From positions 64,001 to 128,000 of the forward strand of contig JARVGK010000003.1 in assembly GCA_029762535.1 (NCBI GenBank): a stretch of DNA of 64,000 nucleotides, read 5' to 3'. The DNA is from Thermoplasmatota archaeon. Its GTDB lineage: Archaea > Thermoplasmatota > Penumbrarchaeia > Penumbrarchaeales > Penumbrarchaeaceae. How positions within the stretch are numbered: the stretch's first letter is position 1; every line of letters starts with the position of its first letter. Both the position numbers and the translations under genes were made by a program. The notes under the pieces were generated by a model. That model was not told the origin of the DNA, ran no database searches, and saw only the letters and a list, made by a program, of their open reading frames with translations. Positions 19,576-27,997 of this stretch are shown here, one piece after another.

Positions 19576-20646
19576 GTGTTGATCATGTTGGAGGACCAGC
19601 TTTCCACATCCAGGTTCGAGAGCGTTGGGGTCAATGTCCCCTCCAGGTCACTCACGACCACCGACCTTATGAGGTCCATGAAGCACAGGATCGGGCTAGA
19701 CCTCGAGAGGCTTACGGGCATCCATGCTAGGAGGGTCTGCGCCCCAGGAGAGTCATCATACACATTGGCCCTGAATTCCGCCAGGGACTGCCTCAGCCAT
19801 TCGAGATACAAGCCGGATGACCTGGAGGTTATAATAAACTGCTCCATATCCCGTTCAAAGGACCGGAACATGATAGTCTATGAACCATCCATGGCCCATT
19901 ACATCCGTCAGGCGATCGGGGCCAAGAACGCAATGGTGTTCGATATCAACAATGCATGCGCTGGAATGCTAACGGGCGTTCAGATACTAAACGGTTATAT
20001 CAGGAACGGAATATTCAAGAACGGCATGGTCGTCAGCGGAGAGCATATAACGCCGATCAGCGACAGCGCGACAAGGACGGTCAGGTCGATAGCGAGCAGA
20101 CAGCTCGCCTCCCTTACCGTTGGAGACGCGGGAGCCGCGGTAATACTCGAAAAAACGGGGGATCGGGGCAACGGGATGTCGGTCACCCAGTTCACCACCC
20201 TCTCGAAGTTCAGCAGGCTCTGCATAGGAAAGCCGCTCACCAACGATATCGGCGGAATGATGGTGGCAAAAGCAAGGAAGATCCACAGGGTGGCCCTGGA
20301 CCACGCCCCTCAACTGATCAAGGGGGCCCTCATCAAGGCGGGACTGACCATAGACAGGATAGATCATCTCATCCCGCACCAGACCTCGAAAAGCTCAATA
20401 AAGAAAGGCATAAAGGAGATGGCCGACCATTTCAAAGCGACTCCCAAGAACGTCGTCATCAATCTGATGGAGTATGGGAATACGGCCTCGACGACAGTGT
20501 TCCTTGCCCTTCATGACATGCTCAAGGGCGGCATCGTGAAGAAAGGCGAGAAGATCATGCTATTGTGCTTCGCATCGGGCCTGGTCGTTGGGGTTATCAT
20601 CTTTACAATGGACGATCTGGTGGATCGATATGGGATCTCGAATTAG
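19576..20646 (+). CDS. oleA: OleA/KAS-III-type acyl-CoA condensing enzyme, catalytic subunit (LstA-like)
   Basis: YEPS Glu, FDINNACAG catalytic Cys, IPHQTS His, YGNTAS Asn, VVSGE and LTVGDAGAAVIL; ATG alternative at 19585. Confidence 0.85.
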   Translation: MLIMLEDQLSTSRFESVGVNVPSRSLTTTDLMRSMKHRIGLDLERLTGIHARRVCAPGESSYTLALNSARDCLSHSRYKPDDLEVIINCSISRSKDRNMIVYEPSMAHYIRQAIGAKNAMVFDINNACAGMLTGVQILNGYIRNGIFKNGMVVSGEHITPISDSATRTVRSIASRQLASLTVGDAGAAVILEKTGDRGNGMSVTQFTTLSKFSRLCIGKPLTNDIGGMMVAKARKIHRVALDHAPQLIKGALIKAGLTIDRIDHLIPHQTSKSSIKKGIKEMADHFKATPKNVVINLMEYGNTASTTVFLALHDMLKGGIVKKGEKIMLLCFASGLVVGVIIFTMDDLVDRYGISN

Positions 20647-21526
20647 GTCAGCCGCATTCGTTGGGAAGAGCCTCAACCCTTTCTCCAGAGGCGCCATATC
20701 ACTGGGTGTCAAGGCTGCGAGGAAATGCATCCATAACTCGGGTATAGACCCGTCAGACATAGGACTGCTCATCTTCTGCGGAATATACCGGGACGAGAAC
20801 ATCGGGGAGCCGGCCATCGCCTCGCTCATACAGTCCAATCTTGATATCAACCTCCTGAGCGAGGGTGAGAAGGGGACGTTCGCGTTCGACATACTGAACA
20901 GCGGTTGTGGGATGGTGACCGCGCTCCATGTGGCCGACAGCCACCTCCGATCGGGTGGAGGTGAATATGCGATGATAGTGGCCTCCGATCACATACCCAT
21001 CCCGAGCCATACCGAGGGTTACCCTTTCCAACCCGGGGGAGGCGCACTTCTGCTCGAACGCTCCGACGAGGACAGGGGCCTTACCGATTTCAGGTTCGAT
21101 ACATATCCGACCGACAAGGAGGCCTTCCACTCGTTCATCGAATACAGGGACGGAAAGGAGAAGGGTAAAAAGAAGGGGCAGTTCCTCAGGTTCGAGGAGG
21201 ACCCACATTTCCTGGAAAAGGGCGTATCGGGTGCGCTTATGACGGTTAATAAACTCCTTGAGAGGAATTCACTGAGCATCGATGACGTACGGTCGATCCT
21301 GCCATCCCAGAGCCCGACAGGCTTCCCCATTGCCCTTGGAAAAGGGTTGGGCCAAGAGAAGAGGACCATTGACCTTACAAGCATCCATGGGAACCTCCAC
21401 ACGGCGGGATTGGCGGCCTGTCTCGAGAGCGCCATGGAGAGCGATAAGCTTCCTGCGAACTCGAACCTCCTTCTCGTAAATGTTGGATCGGGAATATCGG
21501 TGGGCGCGGCCCTTCTCCGAACATGA
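20630..21526 (+). CDS. Second KAS-III-fold subunit with degenerate active site (LstB-like partner)
   Basis: GEPAIASLIQ Glu retained; FDILNSGCG has Gly at the Cys position; LPSQSP has no His; HGNLHTAG; start overlaps the upstream gene end. Confidence 0.8.
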   Translation: MGSRIRSAAFVGKSLNPFSRGAISLGVKAARKCIHNSGIDPSDIGLLIFCGIYRDENIGEPAIASLIQSNLDINLLSEGEKGTFAFDILNSGCGMVTALHVADSHLRSGGGEYAMIVASDHIPIPSHTEGYPFQPGGGALLLERSDEDRGLTDFRFDTYPTDKEAFHSFIEYRDGKEKGKKKGQFLRFEEDPHFLEKGVSGALMTVNKLLERNSLSIDDVRSILPSQSPTGFPIALGKGLGQEKRTIDLTSIHGNLHTAGLAACLESAMESDKLPANSNLLLVNVGSGISVGAALLRT

Positions 21527-21557
21527 ACCATAGACCGGCCGGGACCTGTTATATCCG

Positions 21558-22553
21558 TCAGATCGGATGCCCCTTCAGATATTCTCCATACCTCTTCATA
21601 CCCTCCGCCGTGGAAATCCTAGGTCCGTAGCCAAGGTCCCTTTTGGCCGAGGAGATATCGAACCAGTGTGAACTGGTCATCTCCTCCACAAGGAACCTGG
21701 TGACAATGGGCTCTCCTCTCCTTCGAAGGAGGAAGTGGGTCAATTCCATGATCCCCGCTAAAGCCATGGCCGTCCATTTGGGAATGGACCCCCTGATAGG
21801 AGGGGCCCCTGCAAGGGCCAGGAAGTCATCGATGGCATCCCAGGCATTCACTGGCTCACCGTTGGTGATGAAATATGCTCTGCCCCTGCATCGTGGGTTC
21901 TCCTTGAGCGCTTTGAGGGCCAGGATATGGGCCTCGGCGGCGTTTTCAATATAAACCATGTCCACAACGTTCTTTCCGCCCCCTAACCTCTTCAACCTTC
22001 CGGCCCTTGCCCCCTGGACGAGCCGAGGGAGCAATCGGTCGTCCCCCGGACCCCAGATGAGATGCGGACGCAGTGCAATGGTCCGAATATCATCGCCGTT
22101 CGCTGAGAGGACCATACGCTCGGACGCCGCCTTGGTCCGGTTGTAATGCGACCCATGCACTGCGGGATACGGTGCGCTCTCATCGGCGCCCTCCATGTCC
22201 TTCCCATCAAAGACAACGGAAGGGGAGCTTGTGAAGACGAGGTAACCCACTCCGTTACTCCTGCATGCTTCGATCACGTTCCGGGTCCCCTCAACGTTCG
22301 TCCTGTGGAATTCGTGATAAGGCCCCCAGAAACCCACCCTGGCAGCAGTATGTATGACCGCATCCATGCCCCCGACGGCATCCACCACCGTTCGCTGGTC
22401 CCCTATGTCCCCTGATATCGTCATGATGCCGCTCTTCCCAAGTTCAGGATAGCTGCCTCTGGAGAAGCTCGTGACATCATGGCCCTGATCCCGGAGCATG
22501 TGACATATGGCTCCTCCCAGGAACCCGCCTCCGCCGGTGACGAGGACCCTCAT
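21558..22553 (-). CDS. oleD: OleD-like 2-alkyl-3-oxoalkanoate reductase (3-beta-HSD-type extended SDR)
   Basis: VTGGGGFLG, FTSSPSVVF, YNRTK, LRPHLIWGPGD and AYFITNGEP; start overlaps the oleC stop (TGATG). Confidence 0.88.
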   Translation of the reverse strand: MRVLVTGGGGFLGGAICHMLRDQGHDVTSFSRGSYPELGKSGIMTISGDIGDQRTVVDAVGGMDAVIHTAARVGFWGPYHEFHRTNVEGTRNVIEACRSNGVGYLVFTSSPSVVFDGKDMEGADESAPYPAVHGSHYNRTKAASERMVLSANGDDIRTIALRPHLIWGPGDDRLLPRLVQGARAGRLKRLGGGKNVVDMVYIENAAEAHILALKALKENPRCRGRAYFITNGEPVNAWDAIDDFLALAGAPPIRGSIPKWTAMALAGIMELTHFLLRRRGEPIVTRFLVEEMTSSHWFDISSAKRDLGYGPRISTAEGMKRYGEYLKGHPI

Positions 22554-24175
22554 CAGAATTGCCTCCCGGCCCATTCCGCAAGCTCTTCCCTGAGTATCTT
22601 GGCATTGTGGCGAACGTCCATCGGGAATCCGTCATGGATCAGGATATCTCTAATATCCTCGGTCAGAATATTGGCCTTTCCCAAAGCCAGGAGCTCCTTT
22701 TTGATCCTGTCCGGATCGCCGATATTTTGGTCCTTCTTAAGCTCGACAACGATCACAGGCCTCTGGTTTCCTATTTGACCCACACCGACTAGTGCCGACC
22801 TGAAGACCAAGGGGTGTTTGTTGAAGATCGCCTCACATCTGACGGGATATAGCGTTCCTTTCTTTGTCACGACCCTGTGCGCCTTCCTCCCGCAGAACCA
22901 GAGCATTCCGTCCTCCAGATAGCCCGTGTCCCCCATTCTGTGCCATATGGTCTTGCCATCCAGTATCTTGGCGTTTTTGGTATGCTCAGGCTTCCTGAAG
23001 TATTCCTTGGTCACCGAGGGCCCCCTCACGCATATCTCACCGACTTCCCCATCCGGTAGGACCTCAGCGGACCCCCAATCCGCGACAGGTCCGTCCGTGA
23101 TCCGAATGATCCGAACCTCGTTGCCAGGTAGCGGCCTACCCACGCATGTTCCTGCTCCGGTCTCGGTCCTGCGGAGGGAGTGCTCCAGTATCACATCGCT
23201 GGAGATATCAGTTACTGGCAGTGCCTCGGTCGCCCCGTAAGGAGTATGGATAAGAGCATTTTTTGGCAGTATTCGGTGAAGATCGACCATGAGGTCGGGA
23301 CGTATTGGAGCTCCCGCGGTCACGATCCTTCTCACCGATCCCAGGGTCAACTTCCTCTCTATCCCGTAACGGGCCAGGTTCGTCAAGAGCGCCGGGGAAC
23401 CATAGACATTGGTGCATTTCTGGTCCTCAATGGCCCTGACTATGTTCTTAGGATCGGCCTTTCCGGGCTTGGTAGCATCCATGTAAGGGATGACCGAGGT
23501 CAGCCCCAGGTTGGCGTCGAATAGGGCGAAGAGCGGGAACGTCGCCAGGTCAACATCTCTCTTTTCGTATCCGAAATGGTCCTTTAGGAATCCGATCTGA
23601 TGGTCGAACATGGAATGTTCGTAGACCACTCCCTTCGGGGGGCCTGTGGAACCGCTGGTGAAGAAAATACCGACGGTATCCTCAGGCCTTCTCTTGACCG
23701 AAGGGAAAGGAGCGGGATCGGAGGATCGAACCTCTTTAAGCCTCTTACCGCCCCATGCACCTGTGGTTATCTTCAGTTCGACGGTCCTGAAAGCGGACGG
23801 TGAGAGTATCCTGAGTACATGGGCAAGGGGCGTCCCGATGAACGCCTTGGCCTCGACCTCCCCGAGGGAGGAGACGAGCCTCTTCTTGCCCATACCAGGG
23901 TCTATCATAACAAGGACAGCCCCCATTTTTAAAAGGGCGGAAGTGAGGGAAAAGAACTCTATCGAGGGTTTGACCATCAGGATGGCCTTGTCGTCCTTCT
24001 TGAGCCCCGCATCGATCAACCCCCTGGCGTATCTGTTCGATTCCTCCTCTAGCCTGCGGTAGGTCATGCTCCTATATCGAGGAGACGGATCGACCTGGAC
24101 CACCACAGCCGCCTTATCAGGTTGTGTCCTTGCTAACTCCGTCAACCTCTCCGAGAGGTTCGTCGTCGAATCCAT
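22553..24175 (-). CDS. oleC: OleC-like beta-lactone synthetase (ANL superfamily)
   Basis: FTSGSTGPPKG, DLATFPLFALF, TPYGATEALPV, WHRMGDTGY, LWFCGRKAHRV and OleC-typical FPMDVRHNAKI. Confidence 0.9.
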   Translation of the reverse strand: MDSTTNLSERLTELARTQPDKAAVVVQVDPSPRYRSMTYRRLEEESNRYARGLIDAGLKKDDKAILMVKPSIEFFSLTSALLKMGAVLVMIDPGMGKKRLVSSLGEVEAKAFIGTPLAHVLRILSPSAFRTVELKITTGAWGGKRLKEVRSSDPAPFPSVKRRPEDTVGIFFTSGSTGPPKGVVYEHSMFDHQIGFLKDHFGYEKRDVDLATFPLFALFDANLGLTSVIPYMDATKPGKADPKNIVRAIEDQKCTNVYGSPALLTNLARYGIERKLTLGSVRRIVTAGAPIRPDLMVDLHRILPKNALIHTPYGATEALPVTDISSDVILEHSLRRTETGAGTCVGRPLPGNEVRIIRITDGPVADWGSAEVLPDGEVGEICVRGPSVTKEYFRKPEHTKNAKILDGKTIWHRMGDTGYLEDGMLWFCGRKAHRVVTKKGTLYPVRCEAIFNKHPLVFRSALVGVGQIGNQRPVIVVELKKDQNIGDPDRIKKELLALGKANILTEDIRDILIHDGFPMDVRHNAKILREELAEWAGRQF

Positions 24176-24179
24176 CAGC

Positions 24180-25082
24180 CTACCCCCTGCGCAGGGCTTT
24201 CCCCACCTCTTTCAGGATGCGGTCCCTGGCATCCTCTATGACATAATGTCCAGCATCCTGATATGTCACGAATCGGGCCTTCGGGAATCGAGCCCTCCAG
24301 ACGTCTAATATATCCATATCGAATATGAAATCCTTTTCACCCCAAATAACGAGCATCGGCTTCCCCTTTAGCTTTGACAGGTTCTCGTCGATCCACTTGA
24401 GCGTGCCGTAGCTTGGGTCCTTTGGTACGAGGGGTATGTCCTGAACGAACCTGAGCGTGGATAGGCGGTTCCTCCACGAGTTGTACGGGGCGACGTAACC
24501 CTTCCTTACATGGGGGTCCATCCTCTTTTCAACGCCGATATGGGACGCTATTCTGGAAAAAGCGTTGAGACCCCTGATGAGAAGGGTCGGTGAGATCAGG
24601 CCGTACTTCACGTAATAGAGAGACAGGGGCAATCTCTTGCCCTCCGGCATCCTGAAGGCCGCGGTGTTCATGAACACGAACCTCGAGAACCGCTCCGGAT
24701 GTCCGACCGCGACCCCTGCTCCGATCACACCCCCCCAATCATGGGCTATCAGAGTGATATCCTCATCGATGCCCAGGTGATCGAGGAGCGCTTCCACATC
24801 CTGGATCCTGGATGCGATCCTGTATTGGTATTTGTCCTCTCCTGGTCGGTCCGACAGCCCCATTCCCATATGATCGGGCACGATGCATCGGTGGTCCGCC
24901 CTGAGGTCCTTGACCAGCTCCCGGAAATAAAAAGACCAGGTCGGGTTGCCGTGAAGAAAAAGAACGGGAGGTCCCCTGCCCTCGTCGAGATAATGATGCC
25001 TCAGACCGTTCCTCTCGAACCAGTGATGTTCGAACGGGTAAATGTCCCTGAAAGGGGTAATATCGAAAGGTGTTCCATGCAT
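24180..25082 (-). CDS. oleB: OleB-like beta-lactone decarboxylase (haloalkane-dehalogenase-like alpha/beta hydrolase)
   Basis: YPFEHHWF, LHGNPTWSFYFR, AHDWGG, RFVQDIPL and AGHYVIED; directly upstream of oleC. Confidence 0.88.
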   Translation of the reverse strand: MHGTPFDITPFRDIYPFEHHWFERNGLRHHYLDEGRGPPVLFLHGNPTWSFYFRELVKDLRADHRCIVPDHMGMGLSDRPGEDKYQYRIASRIQDVEALLDHLGIDEDITLIAHDWGGVIGAGVAVGHPERFSRFVFMNTAAFRMPEGKRLPLSLYYVKYGLISPTLLIRGLNAFSRIASHIGVEKRMDPHVRKGYVAPYNSWRNRLSTLRFVQDIPLVPKDPSYGTLKWIDENLSKLKGKPMLVIWGEKDFIFDMDILDVWRARFPKARFVTYQDAGHYVIEDARDRILKEVGKALRRG

Positions 25083-25248
25083 TGTATCCGGGGACCAAGG
25101 TCCATATCCTAAATTAAGATTGCTTCGGGGATGATCCGCTTAGATCGATCTATTATCATCCATCATCATTCATGAACCCCGGGATGTTTAATTATGGTCG
25201 AGTGGGGTTCGAATCCCGTGCGTCGCTAGAGCTACAACAAATTAGATA

Positions 25249-25335
25249 TGGTGCAGGGGAAGGGATTCGAACCCTCGAACCACTAAGGACCAGACCCTGA
25301 ATCTGGCGCCGTTGGCCAGGCTTGGCTACCCCTGC
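25249..25335 (-). tRNA. tRNA-Leu(CAG), CCA encoded
   Basis: Reverse complement GCAGGGGTAGCCAAGCCTGGCCAACGGCGCCAGATTCAGGGTCTGGTCCTTAGTGGTTCGAGGGTTCGAATCCCTTCCCCTGCACCA: acceptor stem, CAG anticodon, variable arm, TTCGAAT loop. Confidence 0.96.
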
Positions 25336-25657
25336 ATGTTTTTGCGTTTGTGCCTGGGTAGCGTATGGCCAACGGCGCCCCGAGACGCAGTCTCGGTGAT
25401 GGCGCCTCGGATGGGTGGCATGTGCCACCCGTCCCCTTCCGCGAACGCTTTGGTGGTGAGACCAAAGGGTTCTTGGGCAGGCTTGGCTACCCCTGCATGT
25501 TTTTGCGTTTGTGCCTGGGTAGCGTATGGCCAACGGCGCCCCGAGACGCAGTCTCGGTGATGGCGCCTCGGATGGGTGGCATGTGCCACCCGTCCCCTTC
25601 CGCGAACGCTTTGGTGGTGAGACCAAAGGGTTCTTGGCCAGGCTTGGCTACCCCTGC
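25312..25657 (-). repeat. 161-bp tandem repeat: three copies of the tRNA-Leu 5' 24-mer separated by two identical 137-bp hairpin-rich units
   Basis: ttgg(c/g)caggcttggctacccctgc at 25312, 25473 and 25634; intervening units identical. Confidence 0.93.
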
Positions 25658-25699
25658 GATATCTGGGCATCGTTGATACGATGTCGCCTTTAACGACCG

Positions 25700-25715
25700 T
25701 TCGATAATAAAGATA
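25700..25715 (-). promoter_or_regulatory. Probable TATA box for the repeat/tRNA transcript
   Basis: TTTATTAT on the minus strand about 47 bp upstream of the outermost tRNA 5' fragment. Confidence 0.45.
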
Positions 25716-25732
25716 TCGATGAGAAGGTCTCA

Positions 25733-27997
25733 TCAGGTGATGACGAGATCCTGGGACGATGAAACGAACAGTGTATCTCGAACTTTGTCGAACCTCGTGA
25801 AAATCTCAGGACCCATGTTCTCGATCTGCTCCTGAGTGAATCCAACTATGGTGAGATCCGCTTTTTTCGAGATCCTGTTGATCTTATCCCTCATCTCCTC
25901 ATCGCTCTCATATACCTTGGACTTTACCGATCTCATCGAGATCGGCAGCCTCCCCTCGGATACCAAAGCCTTCACCCTCTTGGCAAGGGCTGCGCGATCC
26001 CCTTTGGGAAATAGAGTGAATATCGAGATCTTCGTCCCTTTCCATTCATCATGCTCCATAATAATATAGGACAGAAGTATCATGAGATTGACGTTCCTGA
26101 AATCCTCCTTGGTTATCCATAGATGTATATTCTGTCTATGTCCGAAGTTATGCTCCGTGGATCTCAACACGAGCTTGTTGTAGTTCACTATGGATGCCAT
26201 CCTCAATCCCGTTATGATGTCGGTGAGGTCATCTTGTCTATTCTTGTGGAACTCGAACATTATGGTGTTATTGTCCATCCCTGAGATACCGGAGATCTGC
26301 ACGGTCTGGGCAACTGCCGTAAGCGTAGAAGGAGAAACCAAGGTGGTTACCGAATAGTTCGCCTTTGAGCTTCTCATCTCCTCTATTAGTATTCTCTCGT
26401 CCTTTTTCGAGGATTTGACGGTCTCCGGGTCCAATTTTCCCCTCGTCATATGTACCAGGGTCCCGAAACCGTAATGATGCGAGATCCACCTAAGCATGTC
26501 CTTGGGTCCCTTCCGCTCGATGGCATTGGTGGAAATGGCGATTATCGAGGGCCTCCAGTTGAACTTGTCGGGTTTTGACATGGTCCTCTGGAGGGTGATC
26601 TTCATCAACCTGCTGAGCTGGAACATCACACCCTGGAATATTATGGCGAACGACCGCGACCTTTTATGCCTCATACCTAATAGATAATAGATCCCTCCCA
26701 TTATCAGAAGGGTAAGGAACGCGTAACCCGCGCTCAACTGGAACATGATACCGAATGAGAATACGGCTCCAACAAGGGAGATATACCACTTGGTCTTGAA
26801 TGTTGGACGATAGGAGGGATTACCCGCAAAATGTTCGAGGAATGAAATGAGACAGACCGAGCCGTATGCGATCAGGAAGAACATGGTGATGATCTGGGCC
26901 ACCATGTTGAGGTTGCCCATGAAGATGAACACGATCGCGATGATCGCAGATAAAAGTGTTCCGTTGATAGGTTCGTTCTCCTTTCCCTTGCCATATCTTA
27001 TGAAATCCCCTATTCTCTTGGAGTAGAACACCTTGTCCTTGCCCAGGGCCTGGAGCGTCCTTGGTCCGATCAGAGCGAACCCAACTGCTGATGATATCGT
27101 GGCACCGAAAAGGCCTGCGAGTATAACGTATCCCAGATGCAGGTTCCCGATCCCGTTGGCCATATCGAACATTATCAATGTGTTCGATGCGAGGACATCA
27201 ACCGGGGCGCTCAGATAGAGCTTGACCATCATTGCCAGATAGACGAAGAACCCGATCACTATGGCGAAAATGATACCCTTTGGGATCGATTTCCCCGGGT
27301 CCTTGAGGTCTCCCGAAAGACCTACTCCTGCCGTCATGCCTGTGAACGCCGGGAATGCAATTGCGAAGACGGGTAGGAACCCCAAAGAGTTCTGTGATGT
27401 AGCGGTTATCCCGGACGGGGCGCCGGGTAGGGGTGGGCTTATCATAAAGATGATTATTGAAGCGACCATCAGTGTGAATACCACCCAAAGGAGTTTGATA
27501 CCGATCTTGGCTCCCTTGGTGAGAATGATGCTGAATAGTATGAGTGCCAAGGGAATGCTGATGAGCCGGGGATCGTAAGTTATTGAGATCGGCAGAGGAT
27601 CGAGCAGATATCTCTGGATCGGTTCTTTCAACGCCTCGAACCCTTCGGCAAAACCGATGATGTAGAAAGCCACGGATATGGACTGGGCCGCATACAGCAT
27701 GACGCCGATCGTAGCGCCAATCCTCGGTCCAAAGGATCGGCTGATGATGTAATACTCGCCACCGCCGCCAACCCTTAGGTTCGTGGCGATCTCGGATATG
27801 GCTACCCCGGTGGGAAATGTTACCATGTGCCCTAATAGAACTATCGCGATGGCCCCTATGAATCCGACGTTGCCGACCGTGAAACCAAAACGCAGGAACA
27901 TGACGGCGCCTAGTATGGCGCAGATCGAGGTGAGGAAGACGGGGGCGGTACCGAAACCGTATCCGCCCTTGATAATGTTCCTTATCCTTCTGACCAT
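25733..27997 (-). CDS. APC-superfamily permease, cation-chloride cotransporter (SLC12-like) with C-terminal cytoplasmic domain
   Basis: ILGAVMFLRFG, AISEIATN..VGGGGEYYIISRSFG, FPAFTGMTAG..LSGDLKDP.KSIPKG and NWRPSII motifs. Confidence 0.88.
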   Translation of the reverse strand: MVRRIRNIIKGGYGFGTAPVFLTSICAILGAVMFLRFGFTVGNVGFIGAIAIVLLGHMVTFPTGVAISEIATNLRVGGGGEYYIISRSFGPRIGATIGVMLYAAQSISVAFYIIGFAEGFEALKEPIQRYLLDPLPISITYDPRLISIPLALILFSIILTKGAKIGIKLLWVVFTLMVASIIIFMISPPLPGAPSGITATSQNSLGFLPVFAIAFPAFTGMTAGVGLSGDLKDPGKSIPKGIIFAIVIGFFVYLAMMVKLYLSAPVDVLASNTLIMFDMANGIGNLHLGYVILAGLFGATISSAVGFALIGPRTLQALGKDKVFYSKRIGDFIRYGKGKENEPINGTLLSAIIAIVFIFMGNLNMVAQIITMFFLIAYGSVCLISFLEHFAGNPSYRPTFKTKWYISLVGAVFSFGIMFQLSAGYAFLTLLIMGGIYYLLGMRHKRSRSFAIIFQGVMFQLSRLMKITLQRTMSKPDKFNWRPSIIAISTNAIERKGPKDMLRWISHHYGFGTLVHMTRGKLDPETVKSSKKDERILIEEMRSSKANYSVTTLVSPSTLTAVAQTVQISGISGMDNNTIMFEFHKNRQDDLTDIITGLRMASIVNYNKLVLRSTEHNFGHRQNIHLWITKEDFRNVNLMILLSYIIMEHDEWKGTKISIFTLFPKGDRAALAKRVKALVSEGRLPISMRSVKSKVYESDEEMRDKINRISKKADLTIVGFTQEQIENMGPEIFTRFDKVRDTLFVSSSQDLVIT

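Noticed and set aside
24180-25082. Haloalkane dehalogenase call
   Set aside because: The fold is the same, but operon context with oleC and oleD makes OleB much more likely
25336-25472. Repeat unit as a second or split tRNA gene
   Set aside because: It has no TTCGA T-loop, no 7-nt anticodon loop and no CCA end
25312-25657. CRISPR array interpretation of the 24-bp repeats
   Set aside because: The spacers are identical and 137 bp long, the repeat is the tRNA 5' end, and there are no cas genes in the window
25192-25733. ORFs over the tRNA and repeat region (e.g. 25192-25626, 25326-25733, 25365-25676)
   Set aside because: They overlap a clear tRNA and simply translate the GC-rich repeat in several frames
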